Shown: positions 49,743 to 59,890 of the stretch, piece by piece
How positions within the stretch are numbered: the first letter of the stretch is position 1
Layout of the letters: every line of letters starts with the position of its first letter
Assembly: GCA_963805975.1 (NCBI GenBank)
Contig: CAWDVR010000004.1
Span: 224,001-288,000 of the forward strand
Direction: 5' to 3'
DNA from: an uncultured Acidobacteriota bacterium
Lineage (GTDB): Bacteria; Acidobacteriota; Thermoanaerobaculia; Multivoradales; SZUA-115
DNA length: 64,000 nt
The notes under the pieces: generated by a model
The model's input: the letters and a program-made list of their open reading frames with translations, nothing else
Told to the model about the DNA's origin: nothing
Databases searched by the model: none
Position numbers and translations under genes: made by a program

Positions 49743-51596
49743 GTGAGCGACGCAGCCTCCTCGCAGGACGAAGAAGTCCTCGGCAAAGCCTACGACGGCC
49801 GCCTGATGCGGCGCCTCTTGGCCTACGTGCGGCCCTATCGGGGGCAGACCGCGCTCGCCGTGGCGCTGATCGGGCTGTCGTCCCTGCTGCGGCTGGTGGG
49901 GCCGCTCGCCACCGCGGTGGCCCTCGACCTCTTCATCCAGCCGCCCGCGGATGGCGACTCTCTGTCCGGGGTCAGCGCCTGGATCGCCGAGCGTTTCTCG
50001 CCGCTGCCCGCGCCCGAGGAGGGGCTTCTCTGGGCGGCCGGTGTTTTCCTGGTGTCGCTCGTTGCCACCTTCTTCGTGCTCTTCGCCCAGAGCACGGTGA
50101 TGCAGAACATGGGGCAGCGCATCATGTACGACCTGCGGCGCGAGATCTTCGGCCGCTTCCAGGCGCTGCCCGTCCGCTACTTCGACAGGAACCCCATCGG
50201 CCGCCTGGTGACGCGGGTGACGAGCGACGTCGACTCGTTGAACGAGCTCTTCACCTCCGGGCTGGTGTCGATCTTCGGCGATCTGATGCTCCTGGCCGGC
50301 ATCGTGGTGGTGCTGTTCCTGATGAGCTGGCAGCTCGCCATCGCCACCTTCGCCATCCTGCCGCTGCTCTTCGCCCTCTCGTTCTGGTTCAAGATCAAGG
50401 CGCGCCACTGGTTCCGCGAGGTGCGGGTGCGCATCGCCAAGATCAACGCCTACCTGCAGGAGCACCTCACCGGCATGTCCGTGGTGCAGCTCTTCAACCG
50501 CGAGGCGCGGTCCGACGCCGAGTTCTCGCGGCTGGCCGAGGACCACCGCCAGGCCAACGTCCATTCGATCTTCTACTACGCCATCTACTACCCGACCGTC
50601 GAGCTGATCAACGCGCTGGGTCTGGCGCTCATCGTCTGGTACGGCGGCGGCAAGGTGCTCGCAGGCGTGCTCTCGCTGGGGGCGCTGGTGGCCTTTTTCC
50701 AGTATGCCCAGCGCTTCTACGAGCCGCTCGCCGACCTCTCGGAGAAGTACAACATCCTGCAGGCGGCGATGGCCTCCTCCGAGCGCATCTTCAAGGTGAT
50801 CGACACGCCCTCGGACTTGACGACGCCGGAGGTGGCCCACCGGCCGGAGGTCGTGCGCGGGTCGATCGACTTCGAAAACGTGAGCTTCGCCTACGTCCCC
50901 GGCGAGCCGGTGCTCGAGGAGCTCTCCTTCTCGATCGCCGCCGGCGAGACGGTGGCGGTGGTCGGGCACACCGGCGCCGGCAAGTCGACGCTCGCCAACC
51001 TACTGCTGCGCTTCTACGACGTCGACAGCGGCGCCGTGAAAGTGGACGGCGTCGACGTGCGCCAGTGGGAGCTCTCGCGGCTGCGCGAGTCGATCGGCAT
51101 GGTGCTGCAGGACGTCTTTCTCTTCGCCGGCACGGTGCGGGAGAACATCGGCCTGGGCGCCGAGTGGATCGACGAGGCGCGGCTCGAGTGGGCGGCGGCC
51201 GAGGTGCAGGCCCTGCCCTTCATCCGCCGCCTGCCGGGGGAGCTCGGTGCCGTGGTGCGCGAGCGGGGAGCGGGCCTCTCGGTGGGCCAGAAGCAGCTCA
51301 TCTCCTTCGCGCGGGCGCTCGCCTTCGACCCCAAGATCCTGATCCTGGACGAGGCCACGGCCTCGATCGACACCGAGACCGAGCAGCTCATCCAGCGCGC
51401 CCTCGACCGCCTGCTCGAGGGGCGCACCAGCCTGGTGATCGCCCACCGGCTGTCGACCATCCAGCGCGCCGATCGCATCCTGGTGATGCACCGGGGCCGC
51501 CTGCGCGAGCAGGGCACCCACCAGGAGCTCCTGGCGCTCCGCGGCATCTACCACCGCCTCTACCAGCTCCAGTTCCGCGAGCAGGCGGTGGCGTAG
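49743..51596 (+). CDS. ABC exporter, fused TMD plus NBD (MsbA/MdlB-like)
   Basis: Motifs GHTGAGKST, LSVGQKQ, LILDEAT and IAHRLSTI. Confidence 0.93.
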   Translation: MSDAASSQDEEVLGKAYDGRLMRRLLAYVRPYRGQTALAVALIGLSSLLRLVGPLATAVALDLFIQPPADGDSLSGVSAWIAERFSPLPAPEEGLLWAAGVFLVSLVATFFVLFAQSTVMQNMGQRIMYDLRREIFGRFQALPVRYFDRNPIGRLVTRVTSDVDSLNELFTSGLVSIFGDLMLLAGIVVVLFLMSWQLAIATFAILPLLFALSFWFKIKARHWFREVRVRIAKINAYLQEHLTGMSVVQLFNREARSDAEFSRLAEDHRQANVHSIFYYAIYYPTVELINALGLALIVWYGGGKVLAGVLSLGALVAFFQYAQRFYEPLADLSEKYNILQAAMASSERIFKVIDTPSDLTTPEVAHRPEVVRGSIDFENVSFAYVPGEPVLEELSFSIAAGETVAVVGHTGAGKSTLANLLLRFYDVDSGAVKVDGVDVRQWELSRLRESIGMVLQDVFLFAGTVRENIGLGAEWIDEARLEWAAAEVQALPFIRRLPGELGAVVRERGAGLSVGQKQLISFARALAFDPKILILDEATASIDTETEQLIQRALDRLLEGRTSLVIAHRLSTIQRADRILVMHRGRLREQGTHQELLALRGIYHRLYQLQFREQAVA

Positions 51597-51619
51597 CGTC
51601 TCACCGCCAGGAGGCTCGG

Positions 51620-52932
51620 TCAGGAATCAGCGGGTGATTCGGCCGGTGCCCGCCGCAGCGCATAGATCCCCAGCCCCACCACCAGCGCCACTGCCGCCGC
51701 GGCGAGGTTTCTCGGACCGGCGCTCGCCCCCAGGCCCACGGCCACGAGAGCAGCCGCGGTCGGGATCACGGGTCCGCCGGGCAGCCGCATGGCCCCGGGG
51801 GGCGTGCCGAGCTTGCGGCGGAGCACCGGCACGGCGAGCGCCGTCGCCAGGTACGCGCTGAGCCTCGCCAGCACCGAGAGGGCGGCCAGGCCGGTGAAAG
51901 AGCCGGAGAGCGCCAGCGGCAGGCCGACCGCGGTCTGCACCAGGATCGCCGCCGCCGGCGTGTGGAACCGGGGATGGATCGTGGCCAGCCACCGCGGCCC
52001 GAACCCGTCCCGCGCCAGGGCGAAGAGGTAGCGCGGCCCGGCGAGCACGGTGTTGCCGTTGGTGCCGAGGATCGCCACCACCGCGCCCACGGTGAGCAGC
52101 CAGCCGGCCCAGCGCCCGAGGAAGAGCCGCGAGGCGTCGGCGAGCGGCGTCGGCGACGAGCCGAGGGCCGGCAGCGTGCCGAGGGCCACCCACTGCACGG
52201 CGAGGTAGAGGGTGGTGACCAGCGCGATCTCGGTCAAGAGAGCGAACGGCAGGTCGCGCCGCGGCCGGCTGGCGCCGGGGTGTTCTCGAAGCCGGCGTAG
52301 GCGAAGAGCAGGAGGAACGCCGCCTCGGCCCAGCGCCCCGGCCTGGTGACCTCCTGCGCCACGGCCACGTCCCAGGAGGCGACGAAGATCCCGACGCCGA
52401 CGAAGACCGCGAGCGGCAGGAGCTTCCCCACCACCAGCACCATGGCGGTGGCGACGCCCGACCGGACCCCGACGACATTGATGGCGGTCAGCACCAGCAG
52501 AGGCAGTGCGATCGCCAGCGTGCGCCCGAGGCCGCTTCCGGCCGCCGGCACCAGGTAGGTGAGCGCCTGGGCGAAGCCGACCCCCAGCGAGGCCAGGGAG
52601 GCGACGCGGGCGAGCCAGGTCATCCACCCCACCTCGAAGCCCACGAGGTCACCGAAGGCGGTGCGCGCGTAGAGGTAGGCGCTCCCCGGCTCTTCGAAGT
52701 GGGTCGCGGCCTCGGCGAAGCAGAGCACGATCAAGAGCACCGCCGCTCCGGCCACGGCCACGGCGGCGAGGCTCGCCGGCCCCAGGAAGGCGGCGGTCGC
52801 CGCCGGCAGCAGGTAGACGCCGCTGCCCACCACGTCGTTGAGCGCCAGGCCCACGATCTGCCAGCGCGACACCACGCGCTCGAGCCGCGGTGTGCCTCGG
52901 TCGCTCCCCTGGGTCATGGCGCCTTGGGCCAT
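51620..52932 (-). pseudogene. APC-family amino acid permease, frameshifted near 52265
   Basis: The N-half (VVGSGVY...FAYAGFENTPAPAG) and C-half (PRRDLPFAL...HPRFHTP) are in different frames. The expected E-x-x-N-P segment is missing. Confidence 0.75.
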
Positions 52933-54641
52933 GGCCGTGGGTCATGGCTGGGGGGCTTCACCACCCCGGCCGCGCCGGCGCCCCGCGGCTCGGTGGCGGC
53001 CTCGGCCGTCCCGTCCGCCAGGCGCCGCACCGCGTTGACCCGGGCCGAGGACGGCTTGACGTTGATCCGGTGGCCGCGGCGCTCGAGCTCGGCGCGGGTC
53101 TCGGGCGAGAGCGCGTCCGCCTCGGCGCGCAGCTCGTCCGGCAGCCATTGGTGGTGGAGGCGGGGGCGGTGGATCGCCTCCTGGAGGCCGTCGCCGTCGG
53201 CGATCACGTGGAGCAGCACCTGCATGGTGTCGGTCGGGATCAGCGAGCCGCCGCGGCCCCCCAACGCGATCACCTCGCCATCCCGCCAGGCGAGCGTGGG
53301 GCTCATCGAGGAGAGCATGCGCCGTCCCGGCCGGATGGCATTGGCCTCGCCCTGCACCAAGCCGTAGGCATTCGGCTGGCCCGGCACGGCGGCGAAGTCG
53401 TCCATGTCGTTGCTCAGGAAATAGCCGGCCCCCGGCACGTAGAGGCGGCTGCCGAAGAGCTCGTTGAGCGTGGTAGTGAGGGCCGCCAGGTTCCCCTGGC
53501 CGTCCACCACGGAGACGTGCGTCGTGTTCATGCTTTCGGCCGGACCGGCCTCCGGGGCCCGGAGCGACTCGGAAGGGGTCGCCCGATGCGGGTCGATGCT
53601 CGCGGCGGCGCGCGCCAGGGCGTCCTCGGCCAGCAGGTCCGCCGGGGTGCGGTGGGTGGTCTCCGGGTCGCCCAGCTCATAGCGGTCGGCGTAGGCGCGG
53701 CGCCAGGTCTCGGCCAAGAGGTGGGCGCGGTCGGCCCCGAAGCGCGGCAGGCGCGCGAAGCCGAGGCGTTCGAGGAGCGCCAAGCTCTTCGCGAAGATCA
53801 CCCCGCCCGACGACGGCAGCGGCATGCCGGCCAGCTCCCAGCCGAGCGCCCGGTAGCGCAACGGCTCCCGCCACACCGCACGGTAGGCGGCGAGGTCGGC
53901 CGCGGTGAGGATGCCGCCGTGCCGGCGCGACACCGCCTCGACGGCCGCGGCGGGCGCGCCGGTGGTGACTCCTTCCGGCCCGCGCTCGGCATAGGCGGCG
54001 AGCGTTCGGGAGAGATCGCCGAGGACGATCCGGGCGCCGACCGGCAACGGCTCGCCACCGTGGAACCAGACCGCGGTGGTCTCTGGAAATCGGGACAGCT
54101 TCTCGCGCTCCGCCACCAGCCGGCCGTGCAGCCAGCGGCTCACCTGGAAGCCCTCCGCCGCGAGCCTCTGGGCCGGTTCCACTACTTGCTTCCAGGGCAG
54201 CCGGCCGAAGCGCCCGTGGAGAGCGAAGAGCCCCTGCGGCGTGCCTGGCACGCCGGCGGCGAGCGCGCCCACCGTCGAGGCCCCGGGGACCGGCCGGCCC
54301 TCTCCGTCGAGGAACATTCCCCGCGTGGCCGCCGCTGGCGCCACCTCGCGGAAATCGAGCGCCGCCAGCTCGCCGTTCATCCGCACCATCGCGAAACCGC
54401 CACCGCCCAGATTGCCGGCCTCTGGAAAAGTGACGGCCAGGGCGAGGGCGGTGGCCACCGCGGCGTCGACAGCGTTGCCGCCGGCGCGGAGCATCGAGAG
54501 GCCGGCCTCGGTGGCGTGGGCCTCCTCCGAGACCACGGCACCGTCCGTGCCGCGCAAGGCCGGCGGCGCGGCAGCCTGGGAAGCAGGCGCGGCGAGCGCG
54601 ACCGCCAGACCGAGAGCAAGGGCGAAGCGAGGCAGAGTCAT
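52914..54641 (-). CDS. ggt: Gamma-glutamyltransferase
   Basis: Signal peptide, GGNAVDAA, DFRE, the N|TTHVSVVD autoprocessing Thr and LSSMSP. Confidence 0.95.
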   Translation of the reverse strand: MTLPRFALALGLAVALAAPASQAAAPPALRGTDGAVVSEEAHATEAGLSMLRAGGNAVDAAVATALALAVTFPEAGNLGGGGFAMVRMNGELAALDFREVAPAAATRGMFLDGEGRPVPGASTVGALAAGVPGTPQGLFALHGRFGRLPWKQVVEPAQRLAAEGFQVSRWLHGRLVAEREKLSRFPETTAVWFHGGEPLPVGARIVLGDLSRTLAAYAERGPEGVTTGAPAAAVEAVSRRHGGILTAADLAAYRAVWREPLRYRALGWELAGMPLPSSGGVIFAKSLALLERLGFARLPRFGADRAHLLAETWRRAYADRYELGDPETTHRTPADLLAEDALARAAASIDPHRATPSESLRAPEAGPAESMNTTHVSVVDGQGNLAALTTTLNELFGSRLYVPGAGYFLSNDMDDFAAVPGQPNAYGLVQGEANAIRPGRRMLSSMSPTLAWRDGEVIALGGRGGSLIPTDTMQVLLHVIADGDGLQEAIHRPRLHHQWLPDELRAEADALSPETRAELERRGHRINVKPSSARVNAVRRLADGTAEAATEPRGAGAAGVVKPPSHDPRPWPKAP

Positions 54642-54695
54642 GGGGCCCTCCCGGCCGCGAAGTCTCTCACGCGCATGCCATACTGCCGGCCCATC

Positions 54696-56201
54696 ATGAT
54701 GTCGCTCGAGATCACGGCACCTGCGCGCCTGGCGATCTCCGACCGCGACGGCCACCATACCCATGCCGAGCTGAACGATGCTTCGGCGCGCGTTGCCGCC
54801 GGCCTGCTGGCCGGCCGCGCGGACCTGGACGAAGCGCGCGTGGCCTTCCTGGTCGAACCCGGCTTCGCCTGGGCCGCGGTCGAGCACGGGATCTGGCGCG
54901 CCGGCGGGATCGCGGTGCCGCTCGCTCTTTCACATCCACCGGCGGAGCTGGAGCACGTGCTCGCGGACTCCGGCGCCGAGGCCGTCGTGGTCTCGCCGGG
55001 CCTCGCCGAGCGTGTCGAGCCCTGTGTCGAAGCCCTGGGCCGGCAACGCACTCTCCGCCTGTTCACCACCGAGGATCTCCTCGCGGGAAAGACTTCGGCG
55101 AGCGCCGTGCTGCCGGAGGTCGCGGCCGACCGCCGCGCGCTGATCGTCTACACCTCGGGCACCACCGGCAAGCCCAAGGGAGCGGTGTGGACGCACCAGG
55201 GCCTCGCGGTGCAGATGGACACGCTGATCGCAGCCTGGGGCTGGACCCCGGAAGACCGCGCGCTCCACGTGCTGCCGCTCCACCACGTGCACGGCGTCAT
55301 CAACGTCCTCGGCTGTGCGCTCCGGGCCGGGGCGGCCTGCGAGATGCTGCCGCGCTTCGACGCGGCGGCCGTGTGGGAGCGCCTGGCCTCGGGTGAGATC
55401 ACCGTCTTCATGGCGGTGCCGACCCTCTACCACCGGCTCCTCGAGCATTGGGAGAACCAGCCCGAAGCCGCACGGGCGCGGCTCTCCGCGGCCGTTCGAC
55501 GGCTGCGGCTGATGGTCTCCGGCTCGGCCGCGCTCCCGGCGCAGACCTTCGAGCGCTGGCGCGAAGCCACAGGGCACGCCCTCCTCGAGCGCTACGGCAT
55601 GACCGAGATCGGTATGGCGCTCTCGAACCCGCTTGCGGGCGAGCGGATCGCGGGAACCGTGGGCCGGCCGCTGCCGGGCGTCGAGGTGAGGATCGTCGAC
55701 GAGGCCGGCTCTCCCTCGGGTGAGGGCGCACCCGGCGAGCTCGAAGTGCGCGGCCCCGGCCTCTTCCTCGAGTACTGGCGGCGGCCGGAGGAAACGGCCG
55801 GCTCGTTTCGGGACGACTGGTTTCGCACAGGAGATACGGCTGTAGTGGAAAGCGGTGTCTACCGCATCCTCGGCCGTTCGAGCGTCGACATCGTCAAGAC
55901 CGGCGGCTACAAAGTGTCCGCGCTCGAGATCGAGACCGTGCTCCGTGACCATCCGGCCATCGCCGACTGCGCCGTGATCGGCCTGCCGGACGCCGAGTGG
56001 GGCGAGCGCGTGGCCGCGGCCGTAGAGCTTCGGCCCGGCACGGTGCTCGACCTCGAGGCACTCCGCGCCTGGGGGCGAGAGAGGCTGGCCCCCTACAAGC
56101 TACCAAGCCGGCTGGTGGTGGTGAACGACCTGCCGCGGAACGCGATGGGCAAGGTGGTGAAGGGGGAGGTCAAGCAGGCTTTCGACCCGGGGATCGAGTG
56201 A
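54696..56201 (+). CDS. Acyl-CoA synthetase (MatB/ACSF3 malonyl-CoA synthetase-like)
   Basis: Motifs YTSGTTGKPKG, LPLHHVHG, ERYGMTE and PRNAMGK. Confidence 0.9.
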   Translation: MMSLEITAPARLAISDRDGHHTHAELNDASARVAAGLLAGRADLDEARVAFLVEPGFAWAAVEHGIWRAGGIAVPLALSHPPAELEHVLADSGAEAVVVSPGLAERVEPCVEALGRQRTLRLFTTEDLLAGKTSASAVLPEVAADRRALIVYTSGTTGKPKGAVWTHQGLAVQMDTLIAAWGWTPEDRALHVLPLHHVHGVINVLGCALRAGAACEMLPRFDAAAVWERLASGEITVFMAVPTLYHRLLEHWENQPEAARARLSAAVRRLRLMVSGSAALPAQTFERWREATGHALLERYGMTEIGMALSNPLAGERIAGTVGRPLPGVEVRIVDEAGSPSGEGAPGELEVRGPGLFLEYWRRPEETAGSFRDDWFRTGDTAVVESGVYRILGRSSVDIVKTGGYKVSALEIETVLRDHPAIADCAVIGLPDAEWGERVAAAVELRPGTVLDLEALRAWGRERLAPYKLPSRLVVVNDLPRNAMGKVVKGEVKQAFDPGIE

Positions 56202-56210
56202 GGGAAGCCC

Positions 56211-56597
56211 TTACCACACTGTTCGCACCGGATACTGCCGAATCGCCTCGTCCGGCGTGGCGATGACAAGGCCGTGGACGATGGCCTGGCAAATCAGCAG
56301 GCGGTCGAACGGGTCGCGATGCAGTTGGACCAGGCTCCTGGCTTGGAGGGTGGACTCCTCGTCGAGCGCCAGGCTCTCGATGGCGTGCTGGGTCCGTTTC
56401 CTGGGAAGGTAGCGCTCGGCGGGCTCCGGCAGAGCCAGCTTCCCGAGGGCCTGCTTCACGGCAATCTCCCAGGCCGAGGCCGCGCTCAGCAGAACCTCAT
56501 TCTCCGGGGTCGACAATGTCTCGCGCGCTGTGACAGACAGGCGAGGGTCGTCGAGAATGAGCCACAGGAAAGTACAGGTGTCGAGCAGGAGCCTCAC
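56211..56597 (-). CDS. vapC: PIN-domain toxin (VapC family)
   Basis: Motifs LLDTC, SAASAWEIAVK and HRDPFDRLLICQA. Confidence 0.92.
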   Translation of the reverse strand: MRLLLDTCTFLWLILDDPRLSVTARETLSTPENEVLLSAASAWEIAVKQALGKLALPEPAERYLPRKRTQHAIESLALDEESTLQARSLVQLHRDPFDRLLICQAIVHGLVIATPDEAIRQYPVRTVW

Positions 56598-56839
56598 GAG
56601 CCCTTACCTTCGAACAGGTCGAGGAGGTCATCGGGGAGCGGCTCGAAGAACTCCGGCCCCACGGTGAACTCGCCCTTGGCCAGGCCGATCGGCCGCTTCC
56701 CCTCGTGTCGCTTGGGCAGCGGTCGGATCTCCGCGATGGGAATGTTGCGCCGACAGAGCAAAATAGTCTCGCCCTTCTCGACCTTCTCCAGATAGCGCGA
56801 AAGATGGGTCTTGGCTTGGTGCACGTTGAGCCGTGTCAT
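56594..56839 (-). CDS. vapB: Phd/YefM-family antitoxin
   Basis: MTRLNVHQAKTHLSRYLEKVEKGETILL. Confidence 0.9.
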   Translation of the reverse strand: MTRLNVHQAKTHLSRYLEKVEKGETILLCRRNIPIAEIRPLPKRHEGKRPIGLAKGEFTVGPEFFEPLPDDLLDLFEGKGS

Positions 56840-56845
56840 GGGCTC

Positions 56846-56874
56846 ATTGTGGACTAGAAAGTGAACTAACTCAA
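56846..56874 (-). promoter_or_regulatory. Sigma-70 promoter/operator of TA operon 2 (leaderless)
   Basis: TTGAGT-N17-CACAAT, 6 nt before the ATG. The spacer is TAGTT-N7-TAGTC. Confidence 0.6.
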
Positions 56875-56884
56875 GCTGTTTGCG

Positions 56885-56964
56885 CAGGCCTATGCCGAGC
56901 GCGATGGGCAGGATGCCCTGGCCGAGGGCGAGAGAGGCCAGGGTGAGGAGGGCCCCCGGCTACG
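56885..56964 (-). repeat. Degenerate direct repeat of an OPT-gene 3' segment (partner copy at 60062-60140)
   Basis: About 80 bp with roughly a dozen differences by manual alignment. It encodes GALLTLASLALGQGILPIALGIGL versus GALLTLVSLALGLGLLPIAFGIGL. Confidence 0.85.
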
Positions 56965-57007
56965 TCTCGGACCGAAGAGGGGTTGGGCCCGCCTCTCTAC
57001 CACATTT

Positions 57008-59794
57008 TCAGGAAGTCTTACGCCGAGGCTGCGCACCCGGGGCTGCGCGCCGTTTCGGTCGCGGGACTACCGTCGGGAAGAGCGACGTGTACTTTTCGAA
57101 TAGCCCGAACAGGAAGGCGACGCGCTCGGCATCGGTCTTGGCTCCCTTGTAACCGTAGGCCGCGTCGACCGCCTTGTCGAGGCGCTGGTGCGCCTTGCCG
57201 AGTGCGACTGGCATGGTCAACGGGTCGTAAAGATTTGCCAGCGAGCTGCCTGGGAACTCCCCTCGAGCTGTCAAGACTCCCTGAGCGGTCTCCTCGATCG
57301 CCTCCCGCTGCTTTTCGGTCGGCGCCTCTGGCCAGGGGAAGTTGTTGTAGACGATGCCCGCGGAGTACTGATAATCGCTCTTCATGCGACCACAGACGGC
57401 CCTCATCCAGGCCATGTGCATTACGGAGGTGAGAATGCCGAAATGGTAGGGCCGAGCCGCTGGAACGATCAAACAGCTCCCGCTCGCGATGGCTGAGGGC
57501 GGCATGAACCCAATCGGCATGTACGGACGATTCTCCGACGAAACCTTGGGCAGGAGCAGATACTGAGAGGCCGGCTGTCGAATCTCCCCGAATAGGAAGG
57601 GTTTCACCGCCAGAGTCACCGTCTCCTTGCGCTCGCTGCGAGAGCGAAAAAACTTCACCTTGGCCGATCGGATGCGGATGAAGGCGGATCCCCGGAGAAG
57701 CTCCGGCGGCGCGTTCACCAGCCACAGGCACCACCTCTTGGTGGCGTTGATGAACTCCTCACCGCCGAAGTAGGGGCGAATCCACGACCTTAGCTGAGGC
57801 TCCTCCGCCAGTGCAGCAGCTCTTTCCTCGGAGCTCAGAATGAGAGAGCCCTTGTCGATTGGCATGCTGCCGTACCGCATCTCCGGGGTGCCTTCCGCAA
57901 TCGGGCGACTCCGCTTGGTCAACACAAGATCGGCGGCATCGACCAGATACGGGTTGATGTTTCTGGCTGCCAGAGCGTGCGAGTGGCCGTTGCCGTTCTC
58001 ATAGTCGAAGATTGTCCGTGGCCCAGTGTCCTTGTAGCCAAACCCAATGATCACGCAATGAACGGCGGCGCGGCCTTGGCCCTCGTTGCTCCAGCGGAAA
58101 GTGCGATGAGCGAAGCAGATATGAACCCCGAGCGACCAGAGGAGTGGCCATAGCAGACCAGGCTGCTCTCCCTGCGAGATCGAGTTGGTCGACACGAAAG
58201 CACAGCGTACCCCCGAGCCGACAATGGCTCGCGCCGCCTTCACATACCAGCCGGTGACGTAGTCCAGCACGCCCGCACCTTCAATCCCCGACAGTACCGC
58301 CTGGAGCTCGGCTTTCTGCTCGCGGCTCTGCTCCTTCTTGCCGACGAACGGCGGGTTGCCGAGGATGAAGCTCAAGCGTTCTCTGAGGACGATGCTCTCC
58401 CAATCCAACTGCAGGGCGTTGCCGTGGACGATGGTGGGGCTGGTGACGAGCGGGAGGCGTGCGAAGTAGAGGCCGAATTCCTCGCTGACCCGCTGGTTCA
58501 TCTGGTGGTCTGTCAACCAGAGCGCCACCTGGGCAATCTGCGCAGGGAACTCCTCGATTTCGATCCCGTAGAACTGGTCCACGTTCACCTGCACCAGCCG
58601 TAGGATGTCGAGGTATCGCTCCTTCGTCTTCGCCATCGCGCGGAGAACTTCGAGCTCGAGAAGGCGCAGCTCACGGTAAGCGACGACTAGGAAGTTCCCG
58701 CAACCGCAAGCGGGATCGAGAAAGGACAGTGACCGCAGCTTCTTTTGAAACTCGAAGAGTTTGTTTGGGTTTCTCTTGATGCGGTCGAGCTCGACGCGCA
58801 GATCATCGAGAAAGAGCGGCTCGATCACCTTGAGGATGTTCTCCTCCGAGGTGTAATGGGCACCTAGGTTGCGCCGGGCCTTCGGGTCCATGATCGACTG
58901 AAAGAGCGCGCCAAAGATCGCCGGGCTGATGCGTCCCCAATCGAGCCGGCAGGCGTCGAGCAAGCCGTTGCGCATCGCCGTGTCGAACGACGGGATGGTC
59001 AGCCGCTCCTCGAAGAGCCGGCCATTGACGTACGGGAAGGCTTGCAGGCGCTCGTCGAGAGTTCGATGGCGCTGCCCCTCACGCGTGTTCAAAATATCGA
59101 AGAGGTGAGCGAGCTTGGCGCCAAGATCGTGGCCGTCCGGTGCAGTGTCCGACTCGAGCCAGTCACGGAAGGACTGCGCCGGAAAGATTCCGGTATCGTC
59201 CGCGAACAGGCAAAAGAGCAACCGCACCAGAAGAAGCTCTAGCTCGTGCCCTTCGTAGCCGGTCGCCTTCAGCCGATCGTGAAGCGCGCCCATGCGTTCG
59301 GCGGCTTTGAGGTTGACCGGGTCCTGCGGCCGCACCGGGCGAGTCTCATAGCCCGCGATGAAACCGAACCGCTGAATGTTCTTGTGCAGCTCGGAAAGAG
59401 GAAACTCCCACTGCTGGTCATCGTCGAGGTCGTAGAGGCGAAAGCGCGCGAAGTCCGAGACCAACACATAGCGAGGCAGGTCGCGTTCGGCAATCCCTGG
59501 AAAATAGTCGACCGCTTGGCCGTAGGCGCTGTCGAGGTCTTTGCCGCGTGATTTGTGCTCGACGAGGAGCTGTCCCTTCCAGAACAAGTCGATATAGCCG
59601 GTGCTGGTCTTGCCGCCATCCCGGAGTCGTTTGACCGGCTCCTCGAAAGAGGCGAGCCGGCGCCGTGTCATCCCAAAGACGTCGAAAAAGGCATCCCAGA
59701 AGGACTTGGCCTCAGCGTCCTCAGAACTCTCTTCCCGAAACTCACGGGAAAAGCGCACCGCACGATCACGAATCTCATTCCAGGACAGCGGCAA
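57008..59794 (-). CDS. MmeI-family type IIL restriction-modification enzyme (fused endonuclease, m6A methyltransferase and TRD)
   Basis: LSWNEIR N-terminus, IDLFW...EHK nuclease motif, GAHYT, DPACGCGNF, GNPPF and YNNFPWP. TTG start with GGAGGAGG RBS. Visibly lower GC than the flanks. Confidence 0.92.
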   Translation of the reverse strand: MPLSWNEIRDRAVRFSREFREESSEDAEAKSFWDAFFDVFGMTRRRLASFEEPVKRLRDGGKTSTGYIDLFWKGQLLVEHKSRGKDLDSAYGQAVDYFPGIAERDLPRYVLVSDFARFRLYDLDDDQQWEFPLSELHKNIQRFGFIAGYETRPVRPQDPVNLKAAERMGALHDRLKATGYEGHELELLLVRLLFCLFADDTGIFPAQSFRDWLESDTAPDGHDLGAKLAHLFDILNTREGQRHRTLDERLQAFPYVNGRLFEERLTIPSFDTAMRNGLLDACRLDWGRISPAIFGALFQSIMDPKARRNLGAHYTSEENILKVIEPLFLDDLRVELDRIKRNPNKLFEFQKKLRSLSFLDPACGCGNFLVVAYRELRLLELEVLRAMAKTKERYLDILRLVQVNVDQFYGIEIEEFPAQIAQVALWLTDHQMNQRVSEEFGLYFARLPLVTSPTIVHGNALQLDWESIVLRERLSFILGNPPFVGKKEQSREQKAELQAVLSGIEGAGVLDYVTGWYVKAARAIVGSGVRCAFVSTNSISQGEQPGLLWPLLWSLGVHICFAHRTFRWSNEGQGRAAVHCVIIGFGYKDTGPRTIFDYENGNGHSHALAARNINPYLVDAADLVLTKRSRPIAEGTPEMRYGSMPIDKGSLILSSEERAAALAEEPQLRSWIRPYFGGEEFINATKRWCLWLVNAPPELLRGSAFIRIRSAKVKFFRSRSERKETVTLAVKPFLFGEIRQPASQYLLLPKVSSENRPYMPIGFMPPSAIASGSCLIVPAARPYHFGILTSVMHMAWMRAVCGRMKSDYQYSAGIVYNNFPWPEAPTEKQREAIEETAQGVLTARGEFPGSSLANLYDPLTMPVALGKAHQRLDKAVDAAYGYKGAKTDAERVAFLFGLFEKYTSLFPTVVPRPKRRAAPGAQPRRKTS

Positions 59795-59890
59795 AGGATC
59801 CCTCCTCCCAGACTGAAGAAGCACGCAACAACCTGGCGATTCTCTCCCGATTCCTAACCTTCGGCACGGCGCCCCGCTCTCCGGCCAAGC

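Noticed and set aside
52890-54695. N-terminal extension of the acyl-CoA synthetase (1103-aa ORF)
   Set aside because: It is antisense to ggt. Homology begins near 54696.
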